Assembly (NCBI GenBank): GCA_016715465.1
Contig: JADKAA010000027.1
Span: forward strand, 1,548-65,547
DNA from: Saprospiraceae bacterium
Lineage (GTDB): Bacteria; Bacteroidota; Bacteroidia; Chitinophagales; Saprospiraceae
Direction of reading: 5' to 3'
DNA length: 64,000 bases
Shown here: positions 32,401 to 41,227 of the stretch, one piece after another
How positions within the stretch are numbered: the stretch's first letter is position 1
Layout of the letters: the number at the start of each line of letters is the position of its first letter
Notes under the pieces: model-generated
Told to the model about the DNA's origin: nothing
Databases searched by the model: none
The model's input: only the letters and a program-made list of their open reading frames with translations
Translations under genes and position numbers: made by a program

Positions 32401-34648
32401 AAGATCACTCAGGTCAGGTGGATGGCCAAACGAGAAAGGAAAGAGAAAACAAGTTTAAGAAAACTCCCCCGAGATTCAATTTCTGGTAGCTACTCCTACA
32501 ATGGAGTTAGGCATTGACATTGGTACGCTTTCTTCCGTGTATTTGAGGAATGTTCCTCCAAGTCCAAGCAATTATGCTCAAAGAGCTGGTAGGGCTGGTC
32601 GTAGTGGCCAGGGCTCAATTGTGCAAACTTTTTGTGGTAGCGGTCCGGGAAGAGGAGCACATGATCAATACTATTACAGGCGTCCAGTTGAAATTGTATC
32701 AGGTAAAATTGCAGTACCAAGATTTAATCTCTCCAATGCCTCCTTATTTTCTGCACATATTAACTCTTTGGTTTTACAGGTTATATCAGAAAAAATCTGG
32801 GCACGGCCATCAGAGTTTATTGATTTCAGCGACTTTAATGAATTGCCTGTTATCAACAGTTATCTTGAATCATTGCTAAAGGCAGTTCAGGATAATAAGA
32901 CGAAGATTTTGCAGAACATAAAAGAAGCTTTTGGAAAGGAAATAGAGGATTCTGAAAGACAAATAACATGGAATGAGGTGGAGGAACAGATTGGGGAGTT
33001 TGTTTACAGATTTGACAGGGCTTTTGATAAAATGAGAAGTGATTACCGGGAATCACTAAAAGAAATTCTCGAAATCAATAAAATGAAAATTGATGATAAA
33101 GCCCATGACTTTGTGCTTTCAAGCCGGAGAGAAGCATTAGAAAAAAGGAATGAAAATATTAAAAATGGCAAGGAAGAATTTTATGTGTACAGGTATTTGA
33201 GCCAGGTGGGTTTCTTACCAAATTATGCATTTCCTCAAAAGGTCACTTCCATTAAATTCCTCCACCAAAAGGAAGAGGAAGAGTTGGTACGAGACCAGAA
33301 TATTGCTATCAGGGAGTTTGCTCCTCATAATACACTTTATTTTGGTGGGTTGAAATATGCGGTACAGTATGTAAGTAAAGAAACCGACCCAAATAATGTT
33401 ATTAGTACGGCAGTTTGTCCGGACTGTGAGCATATAGAATTACTCTCCAATTCGAGTCCGTTTCCCACTAATTGTCCTAACTGTGGTACAGTTTGGGAAT
33501 CAAACAGACCCTTCGCTGCATTGAAATTTCCAAGAATGAGAGGAGAAAGAAGAACGAGGATTACCGCCGATGAAGAGGAGAGACTGAAAGGTGGATATAA
33601 GATTATAAACAGCTATAAGCCTACTTCCAAAGCAGTTGTCAAAGAGATAAAGATGAATGGGAAACCCATCTGTAAACTGGCATTTGAAAGGAGTGCTCAG
33701 ATGCGTCATTTAAATATGGGGCAGATGGCAGATTATTCCGAACAACGCATTGGATTCAATCTTGATCCGGTAAATTTCAAATGGGTGCAGTTTTCCAAAC
33801 TGGATGAACACTGCAAAGAGAAGAATCTGAGCAAAGGCCAGATGCGAACAAATGTCTCGCTGCTTACGGAGTCAAAGAATGATGTTATTGTCCTGCAATT
33901 AACAGAGTCCTTTGTTGGTAATGAAGAAATATTTGCCAAAACCCTTTTAAACGCTTTTATACAAAGCCTTTGCACCGTATTGAATCTGGATGATGATGAG
34001 ATCAATGGTTTATACCAGCCCATTCTGGGGCAAAATGGAAAGATGATTATTTATGAGACTTCAGAAGGGGGAACTGGAACGCTGTCTGCAATTGCAAATG
34101 ATATTCATTTATTGAAGAGAATAAGCAATAAGGCATTAGAATTACTGCATTTTGATGCTCAGGGTAATGATGTTGAAGGAGCTTGTTTGAAATCCTGTTA
34201 TTCCTGTATTTGCAATTTCTATAACCAGAGAGACCATAGATTATTTGATAGGAGTACCGTAAAAGATTTCCTGCTTCAGCTCACTGTTACAGATGATATG
34301 TCCTCTACTATTGACGACAATGTTCAATTCGATACGTTTATGCAACATGAACTTTCTACACTGGAGAAAAAAGTTCTGGTTGTGATGAAAGAGATAAAAA
34401 TTAGAATGCCTGAAGAACTGCATAAAATTATCTTTAAAGACGATGACCCCATTGCTGAAGCGGACTTGTTTTACAACCCCAAAATATGTGTATTTATTGA
34501 TGGCCCTGATCATGATAAAGAACATATAAAGCTGGATGATGAAAGAAAAAGGACAAAGTTGAAGAAATTGGGGTATAAAGTAGTGGTGATTCATCATGCC
34601 AACATACAAAAGGGAATTGAACTATTACAAGCATCTATCATAAACTAA
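29493..34648 (+). CDS. fused DEAD/DEAH helicase + DUF1998 (DrmA-DrmB / DruE-like) + C-terminal DUF559/Vsr-like endonuclease domain; 1-nt indel at the C-run 32464-32468
   Basis: [20 protein letters not shown], then across the break ...[21 protein letters not shown] and [10 protein letters not shown]. Zn-ribbon CPDCEH..CPNCG, EGGTGTL and [19 protein letters not shown] are DUF1998 marks. [19 protein letters not shown]...[17 protein letters not shown] is the DUF559-like part. Confidence 0.8.
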
Positions 34649-34674
34649 ATTTGTATTAATTGTAAATAAATTTG
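34646..34674 (+). promoter_or_regulatory. two Bacteroidetes -7-type boxes (TAnnTTTG) in the 41-bp gap upstream of the pAgo gene
   Basis: TAAATTTG occurs at 34646-34653 and 34667-34674. The second is about 16 nt upstream of the TTG start at 34690. Confidence 0.4.
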
Positions 34675-34689
34675 GGAAAACAATAATTT

Positions 34690-36741
34690 TTGCAAACCCT
34701 TCAACTCAATATCATCCCCTTCGCCCCACCGGCCACAACCAAAACCTTTGCGTTTTACAAAGAGTGGTTCCAGGGTGCGTATGCGGTATATATCAGTGAA
34801 GAGCTGTTGCCGGTAGTGCAGCATTTTCACAAACCCGACCCTGCAAAAGCAGAAACACATTGGTTGTACAGCGATTTTCTGCCGCTTCGGGATGGAGGCA
34901 TAGAGTTGGAGATCGACCTAACGGTACACTTGCAGTTTGCGGAACATTATTACCGCTTTTTAATCAGTAATCACTTCCGGGATATCGCACCCATCATGCG
35001 GCGCAATTTTACGCAGGAAGTAGAATTGTGGATGTTCGATACCACACTCAAAGGCAAAGAGTACAACCAATACTACAAGTTTACATTGGCAGTGCAGCAC
35101 AGCATTCATAAAACACCTGAATTGATTATATCCTATGACGGCAATTCAAGAGTACTTAAAAAGAGTATGGCAGAATTGCCGGGCTTAGACACCCTGATTT
35201 ATCGCTGGATGAATTACAAAGGGCTGCTTTACCATTGGGGCGAATCTTTTCCTGACGAAGCATTACGCAACCAGCATGAAGTATTTCCTGTAATCAGCAA
35301 CGAATTAGGAACAGAACTTGAAATCATTTTTCCAAAGTCAGATAGGGATAACCGATACCCAACCTTTTTCAAACTCATTACCGGTTTTTATACCAAGTAC
35401 CTGAACAATGATGATTTCAGGAAAGTGATTCCCCTCTCACCAGATGGCTTTTTAATAAGGAACGAAGGCGAGTTTCATCGCATTGATTCCAATGCCAGTT
35501 TACTGGAATACGGAAATAAAGGAACCGGAATCGATCCGCACAACGACATAAAGGAGTATGGTCCATATAAAACAATTGAGCATCCACATAACGTAAAATT
35601 GTTTTTTGTCTATCAAAAATCTGATGCAGCCATAGTAAAGAATTTAAAAGACTGCTTCGATAATGGCTTCAAAAATGCACAGTCATTAAATGAATATGTA
35701 AAACTTCCTTATACCTATAAAGATGAATGGAGTATTGCATTTGATAGCCTGAATGATGCTGTTAAAACCTGCTATCATGCTTTAGAAAACAGGCAAAAGG
35801 AACATAATGTAAGGTATCTGGTAATTTACCTTAGCCCGGTTTCAAAAGATGATGCTACGCAGGAGGAAAAAAGAATTTATATCCGGTTAAAGGAAATGTT
35901 CTTGTTCTATGGCTACCATTCACAGGTGGTATTCAAAGGCAAGGTCAGCCGGGCGGATTTCAATTTCGCACTGCCAAACATACAAATAGCCATGCTGGCT
36001 AAGCTCGGAGGTGTTCCCTGGCGGCTTAACCGGGAACCTGCAAAGGAGCTCATCGTTGGTATTGGGGCTTCCAAAGTCCGTTTCGCCAAAAGCAAAATGC
36101 TGGGCTCTGCCTTTTGTTTTGACAACGATGGAAAGTTCCGGCATTTCGATTGCTTCCCTGCTGATAATACACAAGCCCTTTCAGTTTCCATCCGGCTCGC
36201 CCTGCTTGATTTCAGAAAGAAAAATCCGGAAGCCAAACGGCTGGTTATTCACTTTTATAAGCTCATGAGCAAAAAGGAACTGAAACCGGTGCTGGATATG
36301 CTCTACGACCTCAAAGTGGATATACCGGTCATTATTTTAACCATCAACAAAACAGTATCAAAAAACATATTAGCCTTTGATATAGCCGCCCCGGACACTA
36401 TGATGCCCTTAACCGGCACCTATGTTCAGATAGCGGAAAGGCAGTATTTGCTGTACAACAACATCCGTTACACAGAAAACTCTTTTGTCAAGAAAACGAA
36501 ATACCAGTTCCCGGTAAAAATTAAGATGACCTCAACCCAACTTGAATTGTTGGATGACCCGGCGCTGGTCGATTTACTGATTGACCAGGTATATCAATTT
36601 AGTCGTATGTACTGGAAATCTGTTGCCCAGCAGAACCTGCCGGTAACCATCCTGTACCCCCAGATGGTGGCCGAGATATTCCCCTTCTTCAAAACCCCGG
36701 TTCTTTCGGATTTTGGGAAGGAGACGTTGTGGTTTTTGTAG
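34690..36741 (+). CDS. prokaryotic Argonaute (pAgo), catalytically inactive, with reduced or absent PAZ (long-B-like)
   Basis: The PIWI C-terminus is QNLPVTILYPQMVAEIFPFF...GKETLWFL. A MID-like YIRLK..SQ..AKLGGVPWRL is present. The slicer positions read GIGAS (36058-36069) and HFYK (36249-36260) instead of GxDx and HRDG. Confidence 0.8.
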   Translation: MQTLQLNIIPFAPPATTKTFAFYKEWFQGAYAVYISEELLPVVQHFHKPDPAKAETHWLYSDFLPLRDGGIELEIDLTVHLQFAEHYYRFLISNHFRDIAPIMRRNFTQEVELWMFDTTLKGKEYNQYYKFTLAVQHSIHKTPELIISYDGNSRVLKKSMAELPGLDTLIYRWMNYKGLLYHWGESFPDEALRNQHEVFPVISNELGTELEIIFPKSDRDNRYPTFFKLITGFYTKYLNNDDFRKVIPLSPDGFLIRNEGEFHRIDSNASLLEYGNKGTGIDPHNDIKEYGPYKTIEHPHNVKLFFVYQKSDAAIVKNLKDCFDNGFKNAQSLNEYVKLPYTYKDEWSIAFDSLNDAVKTCYHALENRQKEHNVRYLVIYLSPVSKDDATQEEKRIYIRLKEMFLFYGYHSQVVFKGKVSRADFNFALPNIQIAMLAKLGGVPWRLNREPAKELIVGIGASKVRFAKSKMLGSAFCFDNDGKFRHFDCFPADNTQALSVSIRLALLDFRKKNPEAKRLVIHFYKLMSKKELKPVLDMLYDLKVDIPVIILTINKTVSKNILAFDIAAPDTMMPLTGTYVQIAERQYLLYNNIRYTENSFVKKTKYQFPVKIKMTSTQLELLDDPALVDLLIDQVYQFSRMYWKSVAQQNLPVTILYPQMVAEIFPFFKTPVLSDFGKETLWFL

Positions 36742-38117
36742 GGATAACTTCGGATAACTGGGTTAATAATAGTTTTGACAAAGTAAAAATAAAGGACATA
36801 GTGTTTATTTCAGGAAATAACATAACCTTCTCTTATCAATCTGATAAGCAAGTACTTAATAGTATTGGTTTTTCACTGGATAAGGCCGACACTTTAGCTA
36901 TTGTTGGTCCCTCTGGGTGCGGAAAATCCACATTATTACGCATTCTCTCAGGATTGTTATCAAGTTCTTCAGGAAATCATTTGACTGGTGACGTGGTAAT
37001 AGACAGCCTTACTTCAAACGAGTATAGGGAAACAGGTAAACTGGCTTTTATGTTTCAGGATGCTACACTTCTGCCTCACCTTTCCGTAAGGCAAAATATA
37101 GGACTGCCATTGAAAATAAAAGGCATTGATGAAAACGGAAAAGTCGAAAGCCTGATTAAGGCAGTTGGTTTGGAAGATGCTGCTGATTATTTGCCCAAAC
37201 AATTATCAGGTGGTATGAGAACAAGGGTGGCTTTGGCAAGGGCTTTTGTAACAGAGCCTGAACTGTTATTACTGGATGAACCATTTTCAGCTTTGGACAT
37301 TGCTTGGAAAAGCAAACTGTACATAGAACTTGAAGAACTCAGAGAACTATATAATACTACCGTAATTATGGTTACTCATGATGTACAGGAAGCCATTTTG
37401 CTTTCCGATAAAATAATTGTACTAAACCGATTTGGACAAATACAACCTCCGGAACATCCTGTTGTGTCCACAATGTCTCATTCAGAACGAGTAAATAACA
37501 TTAGTGGATTTCTGCAACAGGAGCACTACCAAAAACTATTTGTCTCAATTCAGGACATTATCTTAAAAGATGGTAAAAGATTCAACATATCAAAAAAAGA
37601 AGCGCTGCATCTTATTGATAATATCATCCGGATAGCAGGAGACGAAAGAAACGAAAAGTCTTTATCTAAAAACGAATTGGATGCAATAAGAGATTTTTCA
37701 AATGATGTTGAAATAAACGCAAAACTGTTAACTGCCTTTGCTAAAGCGGAAACAGACTACCTCAAATACCAGCTTATTTGGGATATTCTTGAATTTGACG
37801 CACTGCCTGGGTCAGTACATGATGAAATATTTGCTTACTATTTTAAAAATATTGAAACTTTCTCCGAATACTCAAGACAATGGTATGCTCTGCATGACGA
37901 TGAAAGATTTTTTAATATTCTTAAAGGAAGAATTGAAAGCAATAAAGGATATAACTCAAAAAAGAAATGGATTTATTTGTGTGACTTGTATGCAGTAAAG
38001 AAATTACCTGAATTAAGTTCCTTTCTTGAAGATGTAATTGAAGCCAAAATAGAACAGTTAAATTATCCATTTGCTAAAGAGGTCGCAAAACAGGTTAAAG
38101 CAAAAATTAAAGAATGA
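36729..38117 (+). CDS. ABC transporter ATP-binding protein (NitT/TauT-type) with a ~210-aa uncharacterised C-terminal extension
   Basis: GPSGCGKSTL, LSGGMRTRVALARAF and LLLLDEPFSALD. The start is either the GTG at 36729 (overlapping the pAgo stop) or the GTG at 36801, which gives more typical spacing to Walker A. Confidence 0.8.
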   Translation: MVFVGITSDNWVNNSFDKVKIKDIVFISGNNITFSYQSDKQVLNSIGFSLDKADTLAIVGPSGCGKSTLLRILSGLLSSSSGNHLTGDVVIDSLTSNEYRETGKLAFMFQDATLLPHLSVRQNIGLPLKIKGIDENGKVESLIKAVGLEDAADYLPKQLSGGMRTRVALARAFVTEPELLLLDEPFSALDIAWKSKLYIELEELRELYNTTVIMVTHDVQEAILLSDKIIVLNRFGQIQPPEHPVVSTMSHSERVNNISGFLQQEHYQKLFVSIQDIILKDGKRFNISKKEALHLIDNIIRIAGDERNEKSLSKNELDAIRDFSNDVEINAKLLTAFAKAETDYLKYQLIWDILEFDALPGSVHDEIFAYYFKNIETFSEYSRQWYALHDDERFFNILKGRIESNKGYNSKKKWIYLCDLYAVKKLPELSSFLEDVIEAKIEQLNYPFAKEVAKQVKAKIKE

Positions 38118-38854
38118 AGAATAAGATACTTTACATACTGCTTGGTGTCCTGTTGTTGGTTGCATGGCAATATTTTGGAAGCACCAGCCAAACGGTGAGG
38201 CTGTTGCTTTCTTCTCCATCGTTAGTAGCAAACTATTTTGGAGAGAATTATACTGCACTGTTACAGGCATTGCAAGCTACTTTTATTGAAGCTGTTGCTG
38301 GTTTATTGATAGCAATTATTTTCAGTTTTGGAACCATGATACTTTGTTTTCATTTTCCGAAGTTGATGGATTTTGTATTACCCATTATGATAACATCACA
38401 GGTAATACCATTGATTGTGTTAGCACCTTTTTTTATTATTCTTTTTGGCATTGGCCTGAGTTCTAAAGTTGCGATGGCGGCCCTAATGTGTTTCTTTCCA
38501 ATCTTTGTAAATTTTGCTCAGGGTTACAAGGCTATCAACCAAAACATCCATGAACTTATGCACATTTACAATGCGGGTACATGGACAAGAATACGACAAG
38601 TGTATTTCCCTCTTTCTATGCCCAGCATAATGGCAGGTTTGAAAATAAGTGCAACGCTGGCAGTGATTGGGGCAATTGTGGCGGAGTTTAACGGAGCAAA
38701 AGTTGGGTTAGGAAAAAACTTATACTTAGCTGCAAAACGATTGGAACCTGATATGATGATGAGTTCTTTGTTGCTTTCGGCATTACTTGGCGGTGTGGTC
38801 TATCTCTGTATAAGTATCATAGAAAATAAATTAGGTAAATGGTACAAGGCGTAA
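38114..38854 (+). CDS. ABC transporter permease (binding-protein-dependent inner-membrane component)
   Basis: 246 aa with about 6 TM spans and an EAA-like loop (YNAGTWTRIRQVYFPLSMPSIMAGLK). ATGA overlap with the ATPase gene. Confidence 0.75.
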   Translation: MKNKILYILLGVLLLVAWQYFGSTSQTVRLLLSSPSLVANYFGENYTALLQALQATFIEAVAGLLIAIIFSFGTMILCFHFPKLMDFVLPIMITSQVIPLIVLAPFFIILFGIGLSSKVAMAALMCFFPIFVNFAQGYKAINQNIHELMHIYNAGTWTRIRQVYFPLSMPSIMAGLKISATLAVIGAIVAEFNGAKVGLGKNLYLAAKRLEPDMMMSSLLLSALLGGVVYLCISIIENKLGKWYKA

Positions 38855-39543
38855 ATACATATTGGACAAAAGAAGCTGGTGATTTTCATAAAATTGATAA
38901 TGTAGAAAGGGATATTCTATTGCCTTATGTGGCTCAGATAATTAATGATTTAAATCCGAAAAAACTACTTGATTATGGTTGCGGCAGTGGTTATTTGGCT
39001 TGGCTGATTAAAAGGAATACTGAAATTTCATTGTACGACATTAATCCTCAGGTAATAGATGAATATCAACAATGGAATATCACTAACGTTGTGATTCCCG
39101 TAAAAGACAAAAGCCAGATAAGGGACAATTATTACGATGTAGTAGTGCAGACATCTGTATTAATGTGTGTTCCTGTAATTGAGGGAATAAGAGAGATTTT
39201 TAAAGACAATTATACGGCATTGAAGTCAGGCGGGAGCCTCGTAGTTGTCATTACACACCCTTGTTTTCTGCAATATCATTTCGGGCACTATTATACATCT
39301 CTCAATCAAGACAACTTTAATTACTTGGAGAACACAACGAAGTATCAGGTGTATATGAAACAGCCTGATAAAAACCCTATTGTATTCACTGACTATAACT
39401 GGAACTTATCAACTATAATAAATGAAATTATCAAGGCAGGATTTTCACTAACTAAAATGGTTGAGCATCCTGATTTAAAATCAAAATATTTTGAACCTAA
39501 TAACCTTGTATCGCCTTGGTTATTTTTAATCGCTAAGAAGTAA
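38839..39543 (+). CDS. class I SAM-dependent methyltransferase
   Basis: LLDYGCGSGYLAWL (motif I), DVVVQTSVLMCV, GGSLVVVITHP. Confidence 0.7.
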   Translation: MVQGVNTYWTKEAGDFHKIDNVERDILLPYVAQIINDLNPKKLLDYGCGSGYLAWLIKRNTEISLYDINPQVIDEYQQWNITNVVIPVKDKSQIRDNYYDVVVQTSVLMCVPVIEGIREIFKDNYTALKSGGSLVVVITHPCFLQYHFGHYYTSLNQDNFNYLENTTKYQVYMKQPDKNPIVFTDYNWNLSTIINEIIKAGFSLTKMVEHPDLKSKYFEPNNLVSPWLFLIAKK

Positions 39544-40249
39544 ATGAGTTTTAAAGACACATATTGGAGCACAGAGGAAGTAGAACGGCTGTATAAAGCG
39601 GAAAATCCCGAACAGGCTATAATACAACCTATCATAGCCAAACAGGTTGTGGAGTTGAACCCTGCACATATACTTGATTATGGCTGCGGTGATGCTTATA
39701 TGGCTAAAATTTTACCAGACAACATCAACATTGATTTATACGACAGAAACCAACAATCTTTAGAAAAGTATTTCAAACACTTAATAAGCCAAACTGTAAA
39801 AGATTGTATGATGAAAGTGATTTTCAAAATGATTTTTACGACTGCATAGTTTTAAGTTTTGTATTGTGTGTGTGGATAGTTTGGAAGACCAATACAGAAT
39901 TTTAAGAAAACTTAAAACCGCTTTAAAAAAATCTTCGGGAAGGTTGATTATTACCAATTCTCATCCTTGCTTCTTACAGTATGAGTTTACCGCTTTTAAA
40001 ACAAATCTAAGTCCTGAAAATTTCAATTATTTCAATAACGGAATTCCGTATGAAGTTTCTATAAAACAACCCAACGGAAACCCTGATGTAACCTTTACAG
40101 ATTACCAATGGCAATTATCCGTTTGGATAAATATGGCTATTGAGTGTGGCTTTGCATTGCAGGAAATGATAGAAGTTACCGACCAACCTTACAAAGATTT
40201 AAATGAAAACAAATTATATCCACCATTTTTAATACTAAAATTCAAATGA
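39544..40249 (+). CDS. class I SAM-dependent methyltransferase, tandem paralogue of the previous gene; frameshifted around 39780-39870
   Basis: ILDYGCGDAYMA in ORF 39544-39849. SGRLIITNSHPCFLQYEF...TFTDYQWQL in ORF 39866-40249 parallels ITHPCFLQYHF...VFTDYNWNL of the paralogue. Confidence 0.65.
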
Positions 40250-40250
40250 T

Positions 40251-41225
40251 ATGAAACGACTGATCATACTTCTTCCGTTCATTTTAGCTCTTCTGGTTGG
40301 TTGCGACAACCACAGGCGAGGAGATATTCAAAAAGTAAATCTTCGCCAGGAATGGTTTGCCAATGCGAGTTATTTGGGGGAAGTGGTCGCCATTAATGAA
40401 ACAGATTCGTTGAACGGATTGGATATTAACCTAATTGAAGGGGCCGACGATGTTGACCCGATTAAAATGGTGATTTCGGGTAATGATAAATTTGGTGTAT
40501 GTGGGGCCGACAGGGTTTTTACTGCAAATGAAAACGGGGCTGATTTGGTCGTGATTGGTGTAGTGAACTATATAAACCCAACAGTCTTTATAGCTAAGGA
40601 AAATTTAAATGTTCGTATGCCTAAAGATTTTGAAGGTAAAAAGGTTGGTGTATTTACTGGTAATAATACCGAAATGATATACCGTACATTGGTGAGAAAG
40701 GCAGGCTTGAACAAAAACAAAATAACAGAAGTGGAAGCACCTTTTGATTTGGGTTCTTTCATAGCAGGTGCTTATGATATAAGACCAGCTTACATTTTTG
40801 ATGAAACAGTTTCTTTAGATAAAGAAGGAATCAAATACACAGTTGTAAAACCACAGGATTACGGAGTTTCATTTATTGGAACTGTATATTTTACTAAACG
40901 AAGTACAATTGAGAAAGAACCTGACCTGGTACAGGAATTTATTAATTCAATAGCACAAGGTTGGAAGATCGCATTGAATAATCCTGAAAAAGCACTCAGC
41001 TACTTAGCAGCCTACAATAAGACCATTGACATAAACAGGGAAAGGGCGTCATTTAAAGCAGGGATTGATTATTTCAGGGGTGAAAATGGCAAAGTGCTGA
41101 CATCTGACATTCAGAAATGGAAACAAATGGGTAGCGACTTAAAAGATTTAGGTGTTATCAAAGCCTTTGATGCGGATAAGTTTATTAATAGCACTTTTAT
41201 TAATAAATATCACGACAAAAATTAG
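40251..41225 (+). CDS. ABC transporter substrate-binding lipoprotein (NMT1/THI5-like)
   Basis: 324 aa with a lipobox (ILALLVGCDN) and overall SsuA/NMT1-like architecture. Confidence 0.65.
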   Translation: MKRLIILLPFILALLVGCDNHRRGDIQKVNLRQEWFANASYLGEVVAINETDSLNGLDINLIEGADDVDPIKMVISGNDKFGVCGADRVFTANENGADLVVIGVVNYINPTVFIAKENLNVRMPKDFEGKKVGVFTGNNTEMIYRTLVRKAGLNKNKITEVEAPFDLGSFIAGAYDIRPAYIFDETVSLDKEGIKYTVVKPQDYGVSFIGTVYFTKRSTIEKEPDLVQEFINSIAQGWKIALNNPEKALSYLAAYNKTIDINRERASFKAGIDYFRGENGKVLTSDIQKWKQMGSDLKDLGVIKAFDADKFINSTFINKYHDKN

Positions 41226-41227
41226 TT

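Noticed and set aside
34690-36741. pAgo as an active slicer nuclease
   Set aside because: The expected catalytic Asp positions read GIGAS and HFYK. At least two of the four tetrad residues are therefore missing.
36729-41225. Calling the ABC permease a pAgo-associated membrane effector
   Set aside because: A complete ATPase, permease and binding-protein set looks like a bona fide importer. The linkage to the pAgo is positional only, so it is reported as an open question rather than as an effector call.
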